Shown one piece after another: positions 11,806 through 23,499 of a stretch of DNA of 64,000 bases (its first letter is position 1; each line of letters opens with the position of its first letter). The notes beneath the pieces were generated by a model. It was not told the origin of the DNA. It was given only the letters and a program-made list of their open reading frames with translations, and ran no database searches. Source of the stretch: Octopus vulgaris (Eukaryota); contig OX597826.1 in NCBI GenBank assembly GCA_951406725.2, positions 25,482,001 to 25,546,000 on the forward strand, written 5' to 3'. The translations under genes and the position numbers were made by a program.

Positions 11806-13109
11806 TTAATCAGGATTGTCCGGAGGAGGGGGACCCTCCACCTTTTTTTGATCCAGGGTCGGAGGTGGACGGTCTTGGGAAATAGATTTGTCAAAATCCC
11901 GTCTCACCACCGACACAGAATTATCAGGTGGAGGGGGAGTCTCCACCTTTTCCTTTTCTCGCGGGATCGGGGCTGGTAATCCATGAAATATCGACTTGTT
12001 AAAATTTAATTTCATTGAAGATACTGTCTTTCTGTATTTGTTTTGTAAAATTCTATGAATCTTATTTGAGACTTCATATACGTCGTAATTGATAAATTCC
12101 TCTGAAAGGTAATCTTTTTTTTACAGTCTTTATCAGTTGAATGTCTCTCATTAGCTCAGTATCTTTAGTGTATACGGCTAGTATGCTTTTTCCTCTTCTG
12201 GCAGTCTTTTTTGGTCGTTGTTCTGTAGTAGTCGCCGCTCTCGGTTGAGTTGCTGGTTGTATTTTCCTTTTGTTTGTTGTTTTTTTCTCATCTTTTTCTT
12301 CTTTTTCTTCTTCCTCTTTGTCTTTTTTCTCCTCTTCCTCCTCTTCCTCATTTTCCTTGCAGTTCCTTCGAATGTAGTCTAATTGACCACATTAAAAAAC
12401 ATCGAGGTTTTCGACCTTCAACAAACACCACGAGGCTCTCCTCTCCTACCTCAATTGTCTCGGGAATTGCTTGAATTATTTTAGGGTCCGCTTGAATGAG
12501 GAGATTAATTGTTTGACCATCCCAGTGTGCGTTTTCGGTAGCGGTAGCCTGGAGGAGAGTAATTTTTTCTTCCTCTTTGATTAGGACTGCCACCTACAAC
12601 AACATAGCGTCCACTTCCGGTGGGACCCTTGTAATTTTTATTCTGGACGTTCTCATCCCCATATAGGTGGGAATGATCTCCTCGTCGTTCGTTTTCAGTG
12701 TTTCTACTGAGTTCTTTTGTGCTATTTCTTTATTGGTGAACCTTACTTCCACCGTTCTGAATTTCTTGCCTCTTCTCAGATAAACTACGTCGCCCCATAT
12801 TGGCTTTAAGCACTTTTCTATTTTCTCTTCTGACATTCTTTCAATTTTTCTTTTTTGTAAACAATATGTTTTGAAAATTAATGTTTTTTGTTTTTCTTGT
12901 AGTAACTTTTCCGGAGGTTCAATTTTCACAACGTTGTCAGTTATTTTCATCATTTGGCTGTATTTCATAAAGTCTCTCTTATTCGTCGAAAGCAGCCGGG
13001 TTCCACCCCCAGCTGCTAACGCAAAACTTTTTTTCTCATTTTTTGGTTCTGTCTGGATGCTAGGTACATCAATCATTCTTTTCGACACAATGCCCTTGTT
13101 CTCTGGCAA
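11806..13109 (-). pseudogene. LINE ORF1 (Tx1-type nucleic-acid-binding protein)
   Basis: ORFs 12594-13109 and 12348-12593 are in frame, separated by one TAG; frameshifted zinc knuckle CFxCGQLDYIRRNC near 12360-12405; Lys/Glu-rich and Pro-rich C-terminal part. Confidence 0.85.
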
Positions 13110-13501
13110 AGTCGGAAACTCTTCTGGTGAAACTCTTCTGACGAGCTTTCAGACACATCTCCAAAAAAATCAAATATATTATCCATTCTGCTATTCCTTC
13201 TTGTAGCGGGAGAAACCCTTATTTCCCTGTCTGTAGTTGGCTCCTCGCGGACATGTATTTCCTCCTCTGAACAGGAGAAACACATATTTCTGCTCCAACG
13301 GTAGGCTCCTTGCTAGACAACATTCTTCCCCCCAAAGGGGGAATGAACAACGCGTGCTACTACAAGCACTAAGTGTTTTCAAATGAAAACTCCAACAGTT
13401 AAGTTATTCAACAATTTAACAATAAACAACAGTTATTAGAAACAGCAGTTATTAACAATATTAACTCCAAGAAACAGTAATTTTTACCACGAACACATGT
13501 G

Positions 13502-13564
13502 CGGCAGACGAAATACGGCTACGCATTTCGTCTGACGTGCTTACGTTTCTGCCAGCTCGCCGCC
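13502..13564 (-). mobile_element. SINE family B 5' head (A-box half) upstream of the LINE
   Basis: Reads ggcggcgagctggcagaaacgtaagcacgtcagacgaaatgcgtagccgtatttcgtctgccg on the minus strand. Confidence 0.92.
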
Positions 13565-14395
13565 TTATCACCAACAGTCTGTTCTACTGGGATTTCACAC
13601 GTAAAAAAGTCAAGTGGACGGATTTGCACCGATCTCAACGACGAGCTCTCTGGTGTTAGATCAATCAAACTGAGTGTACTCGCTTATCCGGTACACTTCC
13701 ACTTATCTGGTACTCAAATAATCACAACTCTCAAGCAACCGGCACCTAGGAAAAGTAGGTGGAGGAGATAAAAGAACGAATACGTGTTGTTTATTAATCA
13801 AGAGAACTTATGCTAATTTATGCTAATTTATGTTAATTGACATTAACAGAAACTTTTAGCTCGGTGCAGCATTTTCTTTTACAGTATTTACTAGACCTGT
13901 ATGTTATCTTTTTTATGTTTTATTTTTTACTTGTTAGACTGCGACCTTGCTGGGGCACCACCTTGAAAGGCATAGTCGAACAAATCAACATTAGTACATG
14001 TTTTATTTTTGAAGTTTGGTACTAATTTTATCGGTCCCTTTTACCGAACCGCCAGTTTACAGGGACGTAAACAAACAAACATCGGTTGTCAAGTGGTGCT
14101 ACGGAAACAAACAGAATGGTACGCACACATGTATGTATGCACGTATGCATGTATGTATTATGTTGTATGTGTATATCTTTCAGCTTTTAGTCATTTGACC
14201 ACAGCCATGCTGGGGCACTACCTTGAAGATTTTTAGTCGAATGAATCGACCCCAGTATGTATTTTCCCTAAAGCTTGATACTCATCGGTCTCTCTTCCGA
14301 ACTGCTAAGTTATGGGGACGTAAACATACCAACACTGCTTAAACACAGATACAAAGATATATATATATGCTATATATATATATATATATATATAT

Positions 14396-14559
14396 AGGCG
14401 CAGGAGTGGTTGTGTGGTAAGTAGCTTGCTAACCAACCACATGGTTCCAGGTTCAGTCCCACTGCGTGGCATCTTGGGCATATGTCTTCTGCTATAGCCC
14501 CGGGTCGACCAATGCCTTGTGAGTGGATTTGGTAGACGGAAACTGAAAGAAGCCTGTCG

Positions 14560-14598
<39 letters not shown>

Positions 14599-14745
14599 TG
14601 CGGTTCGGCAAAAGAGACCGATAGAATAAGTACTGGGCTTACTAAAAGAATAAGTCCCGGGGTCGATTTGCTCGACTAAAGGCGGTGCTCCAGCATGGCC
14701 GCAGTCAAATGGCTGAAACAAGTAAAAGAGTAAAAGAGTAAAGAG
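14396..14745 (+). mobile_element. SINE family A with internal deletion
   Basis: Head, body and (gagtaaaa)n tail present. Confidence 0.9.
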
Positions 14746-15249
14746 ATATACGCATACTCATACATAGGCACATCTCCATACGCACACATACACATACAAA
14801 CACTCGCTCACACATACGTACTCACAAACTCACCCCCATTCACATGCATGCGCACACACACACCATTCTCACATACATATACTCGCTTGCGCACCTTAGT
14901 TCGTTGGGTCACCGTTATCGTTATTTTTATTATTATCTTCCTTTCATTCAGCCTCTTTTTTCCCGGTCATCTCGTCATACTGGACCGTTGAACTTATCAC
15001 ATTTTTCTCTTTCTCCGTTTTTTTCATTCTCTCTCCGTTTTTTTTTTTTACCTCTTAATCCTTTCTTTCGAGGGTCCTAGGCTCGAAACGTAAAATACTT
15101 TTTCCATTCTTCCCGAAGGTTAAACTAATATACCTGCTTGTTGTTCGTACACCGCTATTCGTCTTTTGTCCTGTGTTGCATAATTCCTTACCTAACCTAA
15201 TTTACCTGTTGTTGTCGTCTGCCGAATTAAAGTAACCTTCCTTTGGTTT

Positions 15250-15600
15250 CCTTTATTCTTTTATATGTTTCAGTCCAATGACTGTGGCCATGTTGAAGCA
15301 CCACCATTATGATCATCTTTCCACTTTCCACCTTTGTCGGAGCGGTTTTTGGTGAAGGATGGAGTTCGATGTTACTGCCCTCTTTTGAGATTCTTGCTTA
15401 GATATTGGTTCATCCGGGATCTCGGTGAGCCAGAGGTCAAGTTCACGTTTGAAAACGTCTACATCCACTCCATGGAGGCACCTCAGATGCTTCGGCAGAC
15501 AGCTAAACAGTGAATAATTTGAGACAAAATCGGTTATTTCTTGTACATCGGACGACCATGTGTAAGCTTCAGTGTTGACACAGACTCTTCCAATGGTTCT
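15250..15600 (-). mobile_element. 3' remnant of a CR1/L2-group LINE whose 3' end matches the family A SINE tail
   Basis: Translates to FxCLPKHLRCLHGVDVDVFKRELDLWLTEIPDEP; ends ggtggtgcttcaacatggccacagtcattggactgaaacatataaaagaataaagg. Confidence 0.75.
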
Positions 15601-15715
15601 TCAGTTGTAATTGTTGTTGTTTTCATCTTCGTCGTAGGAGTGGCTGTGTGATAAGTAGTTTGCTTACCAACCACATTGCTCCGGGTTCAGTCCCACTGCG
15701 TGGCACCTTGAGCTA

Positions 15716-16114
15716 AATATTTCGTCTGCCGCTACGTTCTGAGTTCAAATTCCGCCGAGGTCGACTTTGCCTTTCATCCTTTCGGGGCCGATTAAATAAG
15801 AACCAGTTATGCACTGGAGTCGATATAATCAACTTAATCCGTTTGTCTGTCCTTGTTTGTCCCATCTGTGTGTAGCCCCTTGTGGGCAGTAAAGAAATAA
15901 GAAACGTTAGCACACAGGGCGAAATGTTTAGCGGTATTTCGTCTGCCGTTACGTTCTGAGTTCAAATTCCACCGAGGTCGACTTTGCCTTTCATCCTTTC
16001 GGGGTCGATAAATTAAGTAGCAATTGCGCACTGGTGTCGATGTAATCGACTTAATACCTATGCCTGTCCTTGTTTGCCCCCTCTATGTTTAGTCCCCTGT
16101 GGGCAATAAAGAAA
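15716..16114 (+). mobile_element. SINE family B dimer (Tx1-type tails) following a family A head at 15635-15712
   Basis: Two bodies joined at aaagaaata|agaaacgttagc (~15900). Confidence 0.9.
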
Positions 16115-16254
16115 TTTATATTGTCAAACGCATACCAGTCACCATCTCACCATGTGTTTTTTTTTTCTCTCCTCTTTTTGGATACTGTGGACTATATATA
16201 TAATCGGGCGTGGCTGCTATTTCTAGTTCGTCGATTGACAATTCATAGTTCTCT

Positions 16255-16266
16255 AGCAGCAGCTGC

Positions 16267-16305
<39 letters not shown>

Positions 16306-16465
16306 GGTGGTGGTGGTAGTAGTAGTAACAGAAGCAGTAGCAGCAACAGTAGTAGAAGTAGTAATAACAGAAACAGTAGCAGCAGCAGCAACAGCAGCAA
16401 CAGCAGCAGCAGCAGTAGTAGTAGTAGTTGTAGTAGTTGTAGTAGTAGTAGTAGTAGTAGTAGGT
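16255..16465. repeat. (TAG)n/(TGG)n/(CAG)n microsatellite
   Basis: Direct inspection. Confidence 0.9.
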
Positions 16466-16819
16466 GTTGTTTATCTGTAGGTCAGTGTTGACAAAACAAA
16501 GCTGTGACGTAAGACGTCCGCCGAGCGATTTGTAATTGCTATCGTTGTTCTTGTTGCATTTATTGTTGCATTTATTGTTGTAGCTGTTGTTTATGCTGTT
16601 TTTGTTGTTGTCGTTGTCAAGGTTGTTGTTTTCACTGTTGTAAAATGCACACAGTTTGATAGAGTAGATTCGGCTAAAATATAAATTTACATTGGTGCAC
16701 AGCTGTCAATTTGTTATTAGACAAATATAATCGATCGATCGATTCTAATACAAAATATGGCGATTGGTAATTGCGTTATCGACAACGGCAACTGATCCAA
16801 ATAGAAAGTATAGACGGGA

Positions 16820-17022
16820 CTCTTTTACTTGTTTCATTCATTTGACTGCGGCGAAGCTGGAGCACCGCCTTCAGGCGAGCAAATCGATCCCAGGACTTAT
16901 TCTTTGTAAGTCTAGTACTTATTCTATCGCTCTCTCTTGCCGAACGGCTAAGTTATGGGGACGTAAACACACCAGCATCGGTTGTCAAGCGATGTTGGAG
17001 AGACAAACACAGACACGCAAAC

Positions 17023-17053
<31 letters not shown>

Positions 17054-17222
17054 TATATATACATACATATACATATACATATATACGACGAGCTTCTTTC
17101 AGTTTCCGTCTACCAAATCCACTCACAAGTCTTTGGTCGGCCCGAGGCTATAGTAGAAGACACTTGCCCAAAGTGCCACGCAGTGGGACTGATCCTGGAG
17201 CCATGTGGTTGGTAAGCAAGCT
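16820..17222 (-). mobile_element. SINE family A
   Basis: Reverse complement of family A body and tail. Confidence 0.9.
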
Positions 17223-17473
17223 ATTTTATTTCATTATATTTGCCATAAAGGCAGTACATAGAGTATAGTAGCTTTGCGGGCTGGACAAGGACATTAATGA
17301 AATGAATGATAACGAAAGATGATAAGGATGGGAGAAGATGAAAAGCGCCCGCCGACTTTTGCTTCTCTAAAACATTGTTCTTAAAAACACAAACACAAAA
17401 CGAGGTATTAAACCTGTTACAGTTTTTACAATTTCTTCAATTTTTTGGACTTCATTGTCCATTACAAATAATA

Positions 17474-17620
17474 ACGTTCTGAGTTCAAATTCCGCCAAGG
17501 TCGACTTTGCCTTTCAGCCCTTTCAGGTCCGATAAAATAAGTACCAGTTGAACAATGGGGTCGATATAATCGGCTCATCCCCATCTCCCCCAAGCTGCTC
17601 TTGTGGAAAAAATTTGAAAT
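17474..17620 (+). mobile_element. SINE family B, 5'-truncated, tail i
   Basis: acgttctgagttcaaattccgccaaggtcgactttgcc ... cttgtggaaaaaatttgaaat. Confidence 0.85.
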
Positions 17621-18810
17621 AATTATTTCTACTATAAGGTCAAGGCTTGGCATTTAATCAACTCCGAAAGGATGGAAGACAAAATCAACTTCGACGGAAA
17701 TTGAAGTCCAGCGTGCTATCGATTCTGTGAGATTGTCGCCTACCTCCTCTTCATTAGAGATTATTTCTATGTCTTTATACGCCATTATGTTTGGACAAGT
17801 TTAAAGTGTGAAACCATCTTGATTCTTATTCAACATGGTAATTTGATCTGACCTTTTTCTCCAGCCTTCACAAACCCATAAATTAGCCCACTTCTCCTGA
17901 GGAAAATCACTGCCTCAGACATAAATTTTTATAAGGCCAAGGAGATAGGACGAGTGGGGGGCGGGTAAGGGAAGGAGATTTTGGTATGTCCAGACAAACC
18001 GTCTTGTTTGAATGCTTTACAACTGAGTGTATACCTGAGTTCCATGTGGTAGTGGTGGTGGATATGACAGAGGGGAGGGTAGTGATGGCAGCGGCGAGGG
18101 CAGAGGTGGTCGCGGTGGTAGTGGTGATGACAGCAGTGAGAGTAGTGGTGTCGGCGGCGTGGGCTGTGGTGGTGGTGGTAGTGGTGTTAACCGTAGCAAA
18201 GAATGAAGTAAACCACGCCTGTACAGTCCATACGATAGGATTCCTTACCATTTTATCTACGTCGAGTCGACCCGGATCTAACGTAGAAGACAGTAACAGT
18301 AACCAGAGGTGGTGCACGCAGGAGCGAACCAGGAATCACGTGATTGAGAGGTGAACTTGTTTGTTGTGTTGTTTGTAAACATTTGTTCTTTTCTTTTTAT
18401 CTATTTCTCGAAAACGACCTCATTTTAAACATTTTATATGTCCGAGTGCAAAAGAAAATAAACGAAAGAAAAAAAAGTAAAGTGTTTAAAAGCGTGAATT
18501 CAATGGACAATGACAATGAGAAAAAAGAATTTTTATAGCAACTCGTTCGGGAAAATTTTTGTGAAAAAATATTTCTTACACAATAAAAGACGTGAACGTA
18601 ATGGGGATTACAAAACACAACAGTTGGATTGTCAAATAAATTTGTATTTTTTTTTTTACCTTTCTCCTTGGTACAACATTGTCATGTCTTGAAATTTCAA
18701 AAGCGATAAATAGAAATTGTAGATGAAGAGCAGAACTACAAAAAATTAAAAGAAAGGAAAAAAAGCAGCATAAAGCTTTATAGTAAAAATATTTTTTTGG
18801 TGGCAGGGTT

Positions 18811-19251
18811 GGATCTTTTCGGTTTGAACGGCAGTTTTTAACATAATTTCTAGGTAACTAAAAAAATTTTAACTTTGTATACTGGTAGAATGTCTTTATA
18901 AAACATCTTTTGCTCTTGGCTGTCTTGAGAAAATTCTATAGTTTGTAAGATATTTGTTGTTTTTTTTTTCTTCAATTTCTGCAATTTCAACCAATCAATT
19001 ACGTCTATTGAGGTAAAAAATATTCTGTGTCGTATGAATATGTCCCTCGTTTAAGAAACAGATTGGGTTTATTTACATTTGTGAAGAAAAAAAGATACCC
19101 TTCCCCCCACCTCTAACCGTAACCCTAACCCTAACTAACCCTAACACTAAAATAGATTGAAATGCAATAGATCGATACTAGGGTCATAATTATGGGTGAC
19201 AATTTCATATGACACCGCTAGAAAAAACTGCCGTTCAAACCGAAAAGATCC
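18811..19251. mobile_element. MITE with 29-bp TIRs and 8-bp TSD
   Basis: ggatcttttcggtttgaacggcagttttt / aaaaactgccgttcaaaccgaaaagatcc; gcagggtt on both flanks. Confidence 0.92.
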
Positions 19252-19523
19252 GCAGGGTTAATTCAAATAACATTGGAAAAGTATTAAAATAAAAGGATGG
19301 GTGGGGCATATACTGAACGAATTTATATGACAACCCAATAAAATAGAGGTAAAATATAAGATTGGCCTCAGGAAGCGGAAAAAAATCCGTGATTAAGAAA
19401 AATGAAATACAATTAAAAGAAGATAATATATATTTTTTTACAGTTATCTTCACAGATTTTCTATAGAAATTAGAGATAGGACTGAAAGTTAGGACATTTC
19501 GTATACGAATACGTCGATGCAAG

Positions 19524-20010
19524 GGATCTTTTCACTTTGACCGGGAGATCTGAAATATAATTTTTTGTAACTAAGCACTTTTAAACTTCGTTTACTGGTA
19601 GAATGTGTCACATAAAACATCTTTTTGTCTTGGCGTTCTTGAGAAAATTCTGTACTTTGTAAGCTATTTGTTGTTAAATTTCTCGTATTTTGGTAATTTC
19701 AACCAATCAATGACGTCTAGTGAGGTGAATACAATTACTGCTGTTGTTTGTCAACAAAAGTTTCGGCGGTGTATATTTCGTTTAAGAAACAGATTGAAAT
19801 GCAATAAAATAGATCGATACTCGGTCGCCGGCACCGGATGCCACAACTTATATGAAATATTAAACATACATTATGAGGGCTAAACCGATTAAAATGATAA
19901 CGATATAGAGGGCATTAGTAAATTATATATTTAACATTAAGGGTGTATATACCAAATTAAATAAGTACTTAGTGTGTAACCCAGATCTGCCAGTCAAAGT
20001 GAAAAGATCC
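19524..20010. mobile_element. Related MITE with GGATCTTTTC TIRs and 8-bp TSD
   Basis: ggatcttttcactttgac / gtcaaagtgaaaagatcc; flanks gatgcaag / gatgcaaa; shares roughly 150 bp of internal sequence with 18811-19251. Confidence 0.88.
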
Positions 20011-20149
20011 GATGCAAATAATAATGATCGATGATAGAGAAATAGGTAAAGGGTGTATATATATATTTCAGGAATTGTTGCTCTTTCTTCAGTGCCACAG
20101 GCAATCCATTAACCGACCAAGAACACATTGCTTAAATAGGCACTAAATT

Positions 20150-20650
20150 TAGTGTGGTGTAACAATTGGATAGACCAACTTTACATATTTGTTGAAAAAA
20201 TTGTGAACCTTTTGGCGATAAAATTGATTCAGCCTTGATAAGAAAAAAAAAAAAGAGAAACCAAAGAGACCTTTCTGTAATAGAGGAGAGATTGTTAGGT
20301 CTTGTCACCAAATATTTGCAAGATCTTGCTGATAAATATATCGAAAGATAAGTAGATGATATTGTTTTGTAGAAGCAAATAATTACAACATGCAAAAAAC
20401 TCTTTACTAATGTATCTGAGTAACAAGATGACCTTTTCAATGCGTGTGCTATATTTTCTTTAGCTTTGGGCGAATCCGAATCTAGCAACTTAAGTTATAT
20501 CATATTACTCAACTAAGCTTATTTATGAGAAACAGTGTCGACAGTTTTAGCCCTTTTGAAGAACTTTTCGGCTTTAAGTAGCCTCCATTGTAAGGCGCGC
20601 TTGTGTAGATGCCAGAAATTGAAAAACCCGTTTTATAATTTTTCAGAGAA
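20150..20650 (+). mobile_element. Degenerate hAT (Charlie/GTF2IRD2-like) transposase remnant
   Basis: FSLALGES resembles the conserved FSLALDES motif; FEELFG downstream; many stops. Confidence 0.45.
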
Positions 20651-20918
20651 GAAAAACGAACAAAAGTAATATTCGACATTACGTTTTCTACTGTCTGAGA
20701 AACCGGCCATTTGTCAGAGAAAACCTCCGAGTAACAGGATGTGGGCTAAAAAACGAAAGATAAAAAACAATGCGAAATATTTGAATAACCCACACTGGTG
20801 AAACAGTGCAGCAATGGAAACATAATTAACGTATTTTGGTTTAATACAAAGATACCCACTCAACCAAAATATTGAGTTGTCTTTTTTTCCGTTATCGCAC
20901 ATATATATTTACATAGAC

Positions 20919-20950
<32 letters not shown>

Positions 20951-21000
20951 AATGAAATAAAAAACAGAACACAAAGGATGTCGCGGTAAACATATATACT

Positions 21001-21570
21001 CGGCGAAATGCCTAGCGGTATTTCGTCTGCCGTTCACCCTGAGTTCAAATTCCGCTGAGGTCGACTTTGCCTTTCATCCTTTCGGGGTCGATAAATTAAG
21101 TACCAGTTACGCACTGGGATCGATATAATCGACTTAATTCGTTTGTCTGTCCTTGTTTGTCCTCTCTGTGTTTAGCCCCTTGTGGGTAGTAAAGAAATAG
21201 GTATTTCGTCTGCCGATACGTTATGAGTTCAAATTCCGCCGAGGTCGACTTTGCCTTTCATCCTTTCGGGGTCGATTAAATAAGTACCAGTTATGCACTG
21301 GGGTCGATATAATCGACGTAATCCGTTTGTCTGTCCTTGTTTGTCCTCTCTGTGTTTAGCCCCTTGTGAGTAGTTAAGAAATAGGAATTTCGTCTACCGC
21401 TACGTTCTGAGTTCAAATTCCGCCGAGGTCGATTTTGCCTTTCATCTTTTTGGGGTTCGATTAAATTAGTGCCAGTTAATCACTGGGGTCGATGTAATCG
21501 ACTTAACCCCCTTGTCTGTCCTTGTTTGTCCCCCTCTATGTTTAGCCCCTTGTGGGCAATAAAGAAATAA
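21001..21570 (+). mobile_element. SINE family B head-to-tail trimer, 184-bp period
   Basis: Units restart at gtatttcgtc (21201) and gaatttcgtc (21385) straight after aagaaatag. Confidence 0.95.
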
Positions 21571-21989
21571 ATATATACACAACACAAGCGCAAATATTCA
21601 TACATACACAAGAGTGTATTCATACAGACACGCGTCATATCAGATGCTTAAAGAACTAAGATATTGTCCGACTGAACATTTGAAGACTACAACTTCGAGC
21701 GTTTACATGTAGAAGAGAGAATAAAACGATCAAATTTCACAGAATACAGTAAATCACTGACTATGGCTTGGTTCAAGCTGTGCTGCAGATAATATGATCG
21801 ATTATCATGGTTACCCAATATCGTCTTTCTTTTTTTCTATTTCGCATTTATCGATCTTGAAATCAGCTCTCAATTTGTGGTCAGAAACTGGATCAGCAAC
21901 TGTAGTAGTTCTCGCACTTTCTCTCTTTTATAGATGCACTTACACAAGCCTATATGTGTATGTGTGTGTGTATCTATTCCTCTCTCAGG

Positions 21990-22780
21990 TAACGAAGGAA
22001 TAGAACTTTTGCAAAAAGAAATCTTTGTATTCAGTTGTTGAACGAAGAAAATCAGTGCTCCAGAACAAAAACCTGTGCGCCAATGCTTTCATTATCTCTA
22101 CCGTCCCACACAAAGACTGCTACAAATACACAGGCATTGATAAAATATACAGAGATACTGTGGCCCGAGAATATTACACCAGATTTTGAAAAATATAAGG
22201 AACTCTCCTTATGCAACAAATCAATACCCCACAGAGCATTTGCAATACAAGTGCCGATATCAACATTAAAGATATTTGACTGGTCTGTAGAGGATATTCG
22301 CTCCATTGCAATTGTGATATCGATAAGCTCTACTTAAGAAGTGATGAAGGCAGTAGAGGATTGAGAGGGCAGTGCTGATAGCGTTCGAATGTTGTATAGT
22401 GTCTTTCAGACTGCACCCGCTAAGCAACAACAGAAAAAATAAGTATGTAATCTTATTGTTGAGAAGCAAAAATAGCAACAGCTTACGTGTTTGCACCGAG
22501 CTCTTTAGGAAGTGATCTTTTCTTTACGACTTCACATACAGCCTCAAAACAGCCCTCAAAAAAAAGGCTTAAGTGTGAAACGTTCAGCATACCATAAAGA
22601 CTATGCGTGCGTGTTTCTCGAAGACTTGAAGACAATGTAAATATCGACATGAAGTGCAACCTTTCTGGGACCTACGATCGTTCCATCACATTACATTTCG
22701 AAAGTTATACGTTTGCAGTACAAGAGCAGGAGATTGCTGCAAAATACCGAGTAAACAAAAGCGGTAGTGAAGCCATTGGA
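21990..22780 (+). mobile_element. Decayed R4/Dong-like non-LTR retrotransposon (post-RT region)
   Basis: Fragmentary motifs in order: YKYTGID, IFDWSVEDI, DIDKLYLRSDEGSRGL, HFESYTFAVQEQEIAAKY. Confidence 0.65.
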
Positions 22781-22889
22781 TCCCCAAGATATCACTTGAG
22801 AATAACTGAGAATGTTTCTCTTTCTCAACTTCTATTTGTATTGTATTTTTTTCTTAGAAATTTCAAAGAGATTAAACAGAGCTATAATC

Positions 22890-23270
22890 TTTTCTACTCT
22901 TGGCACAAGGCCCGAAACTGTTTGGGGAGGGGGGGGGCAGTCGATTACATCGGCCCCAGTACACAACTCGTACTTAATTTATCGACTCGGAAAGGATGAA
23001 AGGCAAAGTCGGCCTCAGCGGAATTTGAACTCAGAACTTAAAGACAGATGAAATACCGCTCAGCCTTTCGCTCGGCGTGCTAAAGTTTCTTATTTCTTTA
23101 TTACCCACAAGGTGCTAAACATAGAGGGGACAAACATGGACAGACAAAGGGATTAAGTCGATTACATCGACCCCAGTGCGTAACTGGTACTTAATTTATT
23201 GATCCCGAAAGGATGAAAGGCAAAGTCGACCTCGGCAGAATTTGAACTCAGAACGTAACGGCAGACGTAT
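22890..23270 (-). mobile_element. SINE family B: Tx1-tailed copy abutting the head of a tail-ii copy
   Basis: Junction aaagaaata|agaaactttagcacg at ~23090. Confidence 0.88.
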
Positions 23271-23499
23271 AATCAAATATAATATCGTAATCCGTAGCAT
23301 GGAAAGATTGGAAGAAACAAAATCCTGAAACTGAAATTCGAATACGAACAGAATTTAAAGAAAAACAAAAATGAAAATAAAAATGCAATACTTTTACTGT
23401 TTGTTTCTTCGAATATACTCTTTTTTCACATCCGGATTTCTGTTGAAGAAACACTTGTATAAATTTCTACAAATTAAACAAACGTAAACAAAGATAATT

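Larger units (their letters stand above)
8237..13501 (-). mobile_element. Near full-length L1/Tx1-clade non-LTR retrotransposon (~5.26 kb), disabled
   Basis: ORF1 plus ORF2 with APE endonuclease, RT and C-terminal CCHC; flanked by cgacagacgaaatacg (8221-8236) and cggcagacgaaatacg (13502-13517); 3' end aataaagaaatt. Confidence 0.95.

Noticed and set aside
17907-18354. 136-aa Thr-rich and 122-aa Val-rich ORFs as genes
   Set aside because: Driven by a degenerate (GGT)n tract with non-ATG or weak starts; kept only as a weak first-exon candidate
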